From contig JALOOQ010000001.1 in the NCBI GenBank assembly GCA_025454305.1, positions 1-52,473 on the forward strand: DNA of 52,473 bases, written 5' to 3'. This DNA comes from Cyanobium sp. Prado107 (GTDB taxonomy: Bacteria; Cyanobacteriota; Cyanobacteriia; PCC-6307; Cyanobiaceae). Within the stretch, counting starts at the first letter, position 1; each line of letters begins with the position of its first letter. A program made the translations under genes and the position numbers. The notes beneath the pieces were generated by a model. The model saw only the letters and a program-made list of their open reading frames with translations. It was not told where the DNA came from and ran no database searches. Positions 50,761 through 52,473 of this stretch are shown in pieces.

Positions 50761-51345
50761 GGCGTCATCCGGCTCGTCGTCGTGGAAGCTGGCGCTGAAG
50801 GTGAGCAGATCGATGCCGCTGAACAGGAAGCTCACGCCCACCAGGATGCCGATGACACTCAGCAGGGCCTGCTTGCTCATGGTCAGGATCACCACCCCCA
50901 GCGCCAGGGTCACCAGCCCGTTGAGCAGGCCCCAGCCCCAGCCCCGGATGCGGCGGTGGGAGAGCGACACGCCCACGGCCACCGCACCCTCCGCCAGGAA
51001 CACCAGGCCGAGCGCCAGGGCCAGGGTGGCGACCGATGCGGCCGCCGCGGCCCGGCCCGAGCCCAGCTGCTGAATGATGGTGAAACCAGCAACCAGGAAC
51101 AGGGTGGAGACCACCAGCCGCCAGAAGGTGAGCCAGCGGTTCAGCAGGCGTGCCCGCATCAGGTTGTCGATCCAGCCCACGATGCCGCCCACCAGGAAGA
51201 CCACGGCCACCACCGCCGTGGCCCACACGGAGGCCAGCACCGGGAAGAGCAGCGCCAGCACCCCCAGCACCAGCATCAGCACCCCTTCGAACAGGGTGAA
51301 GGCCCGCAGCTGACCGCCCAGAAGCAATCGGGAGGAACGGGTCAT
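50746..51345 (-). CDS. HdeD/DUF308-family membrane protein
   Basis: About six short TM helices in repeat units; G.L...LGVLAL..P, GWGW.L..G and IGILVG.S.LF.G. Confidence 0.8.
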   Translation of the reverse strand: MTRSSRLLLGGQLRAFTLFEGVLMLVLGVLALLFPVLASVWATAVVAVVFLVGGIVGWIDNLMRARLLNRWLTFWRLVVSTLFLVAGFTIIQQLGSGRAAAAASVATLALALGLVFLAEGAVAVGVSLSHRRIRGWGWGLLNGLVTLALGVVILTMSKQALLSVIGILVGVSFLFSGIDLLTFSASFHDDEPDDAGEPV

Positions 51346-51371
51346 CGGCTCACGGCTCGGCTGATCCGAAG

Positions 51372-52034
51372 CTAGGCAGACCAGCCGTGTTCGACCAGCC
51401 AGGCCGCATCAAGAGGGGACGGCGGAGTCGAGGGACGCGCGCGCAGCAGGCTCTCGGCGTACTTGGCCAGGAGATCGGCCTCCAGGTTCACCACGTCGCC
51501 CGGCCGCAGCAGCCGCAGGGTGGTGCCGGCCCAGGTGTGGGGAATCACGGCGATCCAGAAGCGGGTGCCCCCCTCGCCGCTGCCGGCCACAGTGAGGCTG
51601 ACGCCATCCACCGCCACGCTGGCCTTGTCGCACACAAAGCGCCCATAGGCGGGATCCTGCCAGCGGATCTCCAGGTGCCAGGAGTCCTGCCGGGCCTCGA
51701 TCGCCTCCACCCTGCCGAGTCCGTCCACGTGGCCGCTCACCAGATGGCCGCCGAGCCGATCGCTCAGGCGCAGGGCCGGTTCCAGGTTCACGGCGGCACG
51801 TCGGTCGGCCTTGGCCGCAAGGGTGCTGCGGCCCAAGGTCTCCCCGCTCACGTCGGCGCGGAAGCCGTCGGCCAGCCGTTCCGCCACCGTCAGGCACACC
51901 CCGTCCACCGCCACGCTGTCACCGAGCCCCAGCTCCGCGGGGCCCCAGTCCCCGGGGGAGGCCGCCCAGCGCAGCCGCACGCCGCCACCTGTCCGTTCGA
52001 TCAGGCCCGTGGCCCGCACCAGTCCGGTGAACAT
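51372..52034 (-). CDS. ribE: Riboflavin synthase (alpha chain)
   Basis: MFTGLV N-terminus, GDSVAVDGVCLTV, VNLE.AL....RLGGH.VSGHVD, SVAVDGVSLTV, IPHT and VNLE.D.LAKY. Confidence 0.96.
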   Translation of the reverse strand: MFTGLVRATGLIERTGGGVRLRWAASPGDWGPAELGLGDSVAVDGVCLTVAERLADGFRADVSGETLGRSTLAAKADRRAAVNLEPALRLSDRLGGHLVSGHVDGLGRVEAIEARQDSWHLEIRWQDPAYGRFVCDKASVAVDGVSLTVAGSGEGGTRFWIAVIPHTWAGTTLRLLRPGDVVNLEADLLAKYAESLLRARPSTPPSPLDAAWLVEHGWSA

Positions 52035-52056
52035 CGTTGCGGTCCTCCCCGCTGGT

Positions 52057-52062
52057 CATAAT
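52057..52062 (+). promoter_or_regulatory. Candidate -10 box (CATAAT) for the DUF151 gene
   Basis: Near-consensus hexamer in the 50-nt divergent spacer, followed by a purine-rich GAGGGGG before the ATG. Confidence 0.4.
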
Positions 52063-52084
52063 CGATCAGAGGGGGGCCTGGACC

Positions 52085-52473
52085 ATGGTGGAAATGAGCG
52101 TCGCCGGCATCGCGCTGGACGCTGCCAGCCGCAGTCCGATCGTGCTGCTGCGCGATCCCTCGGGCCGGCGCCAGGTGCCGATCTGGATCGATCAGGCCCA
52201 GGCCCAGAACATCCTCGCCGGCGTCGCCAGCGAACCGCCGCCCCGACCCCTCAGCCACGACCTGATGGTGTCGCTGCTCAAGGCCGGCGAGCTGCAGCTG
52301 GAGCGGGTGATCATCCACGCCATCGAGGACAACACCTTCCGGGCCGCCCTCAAGCTCAGCCGCCAGGGCGAGGGCGAGCAGCCGCTGCTGGAGGTGGATG
52401 CCCGGCCCAGCGACGCCATCGCCCTGGCGGTGCGCACCGGCAGCGGCATCTGGATGCTGGAGGAGGTGGTGGC
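52085..52473 (+). CDS. Bifunctional nuclease family (DUF151) protein, truncated at the window edge
   Basis: Hand translation MVEMSVAGIALDAASRSPIVLLRD...VPIWI...RPLSHDL...DARPSDAIALAVR. Confidence 0.9.
   Translation, partial: MVEMSVAGIALDAASRSPIVLLRDPSGRRQVPIWIDQAQAQNILAGVASEPPPRPLSHDLMVSLLKAGELQLERVIIHAIEDNTFRAALKLSRQGEGEQPLLEVDARPSDAIALAVRTGSGIWMLEEVV

Overview
This is a gene-dense, very GC-rich window (roughly 70% by eye) of core chromosome from a picocyanobacterium, most likely Cyanobium/Synechococcus-type. The evidence is petG, petC, petA, psaF, psaJ, chlI, cytM, an hli gene, cyAbrB and an A2-type ctaCDE oxidase. It holds about 50 CDSs and one tRNA-Val(CAC), in four housekeeping blocks: hisH to the MFS gene; ychF plus an efflux adaptor; wecB to ctaCDE-abrB; and ribE-DUF151. 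I found no CRISPR array, integrase, transposase, prophage or defence island, and I cannot support a clear multi-gene novel system. The best leads are small. (1) A CbiL/NikL-like His-N-terminus exported protein lies near an incomplete NikA/NikB-type ABC pair, possibly a dispersed Ni/Co uptake module. (2) PsaJ is shortened and divergent and lacks the C-terminal His. (3) An apparently accessory secreted glycine-zipper protein sits next to tatC. (4) petG is nested entirely antisense inside rsmD. (5) CtaC has a Met/His-rich insert. (6) PilT2 has a His-box substitution. (7) A Helicobacter-type Mqo lies beside the tRNA. All family assignments come from motif recognition by eye; no database searches were run. 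Several start codons were moved relative to the ORF track.
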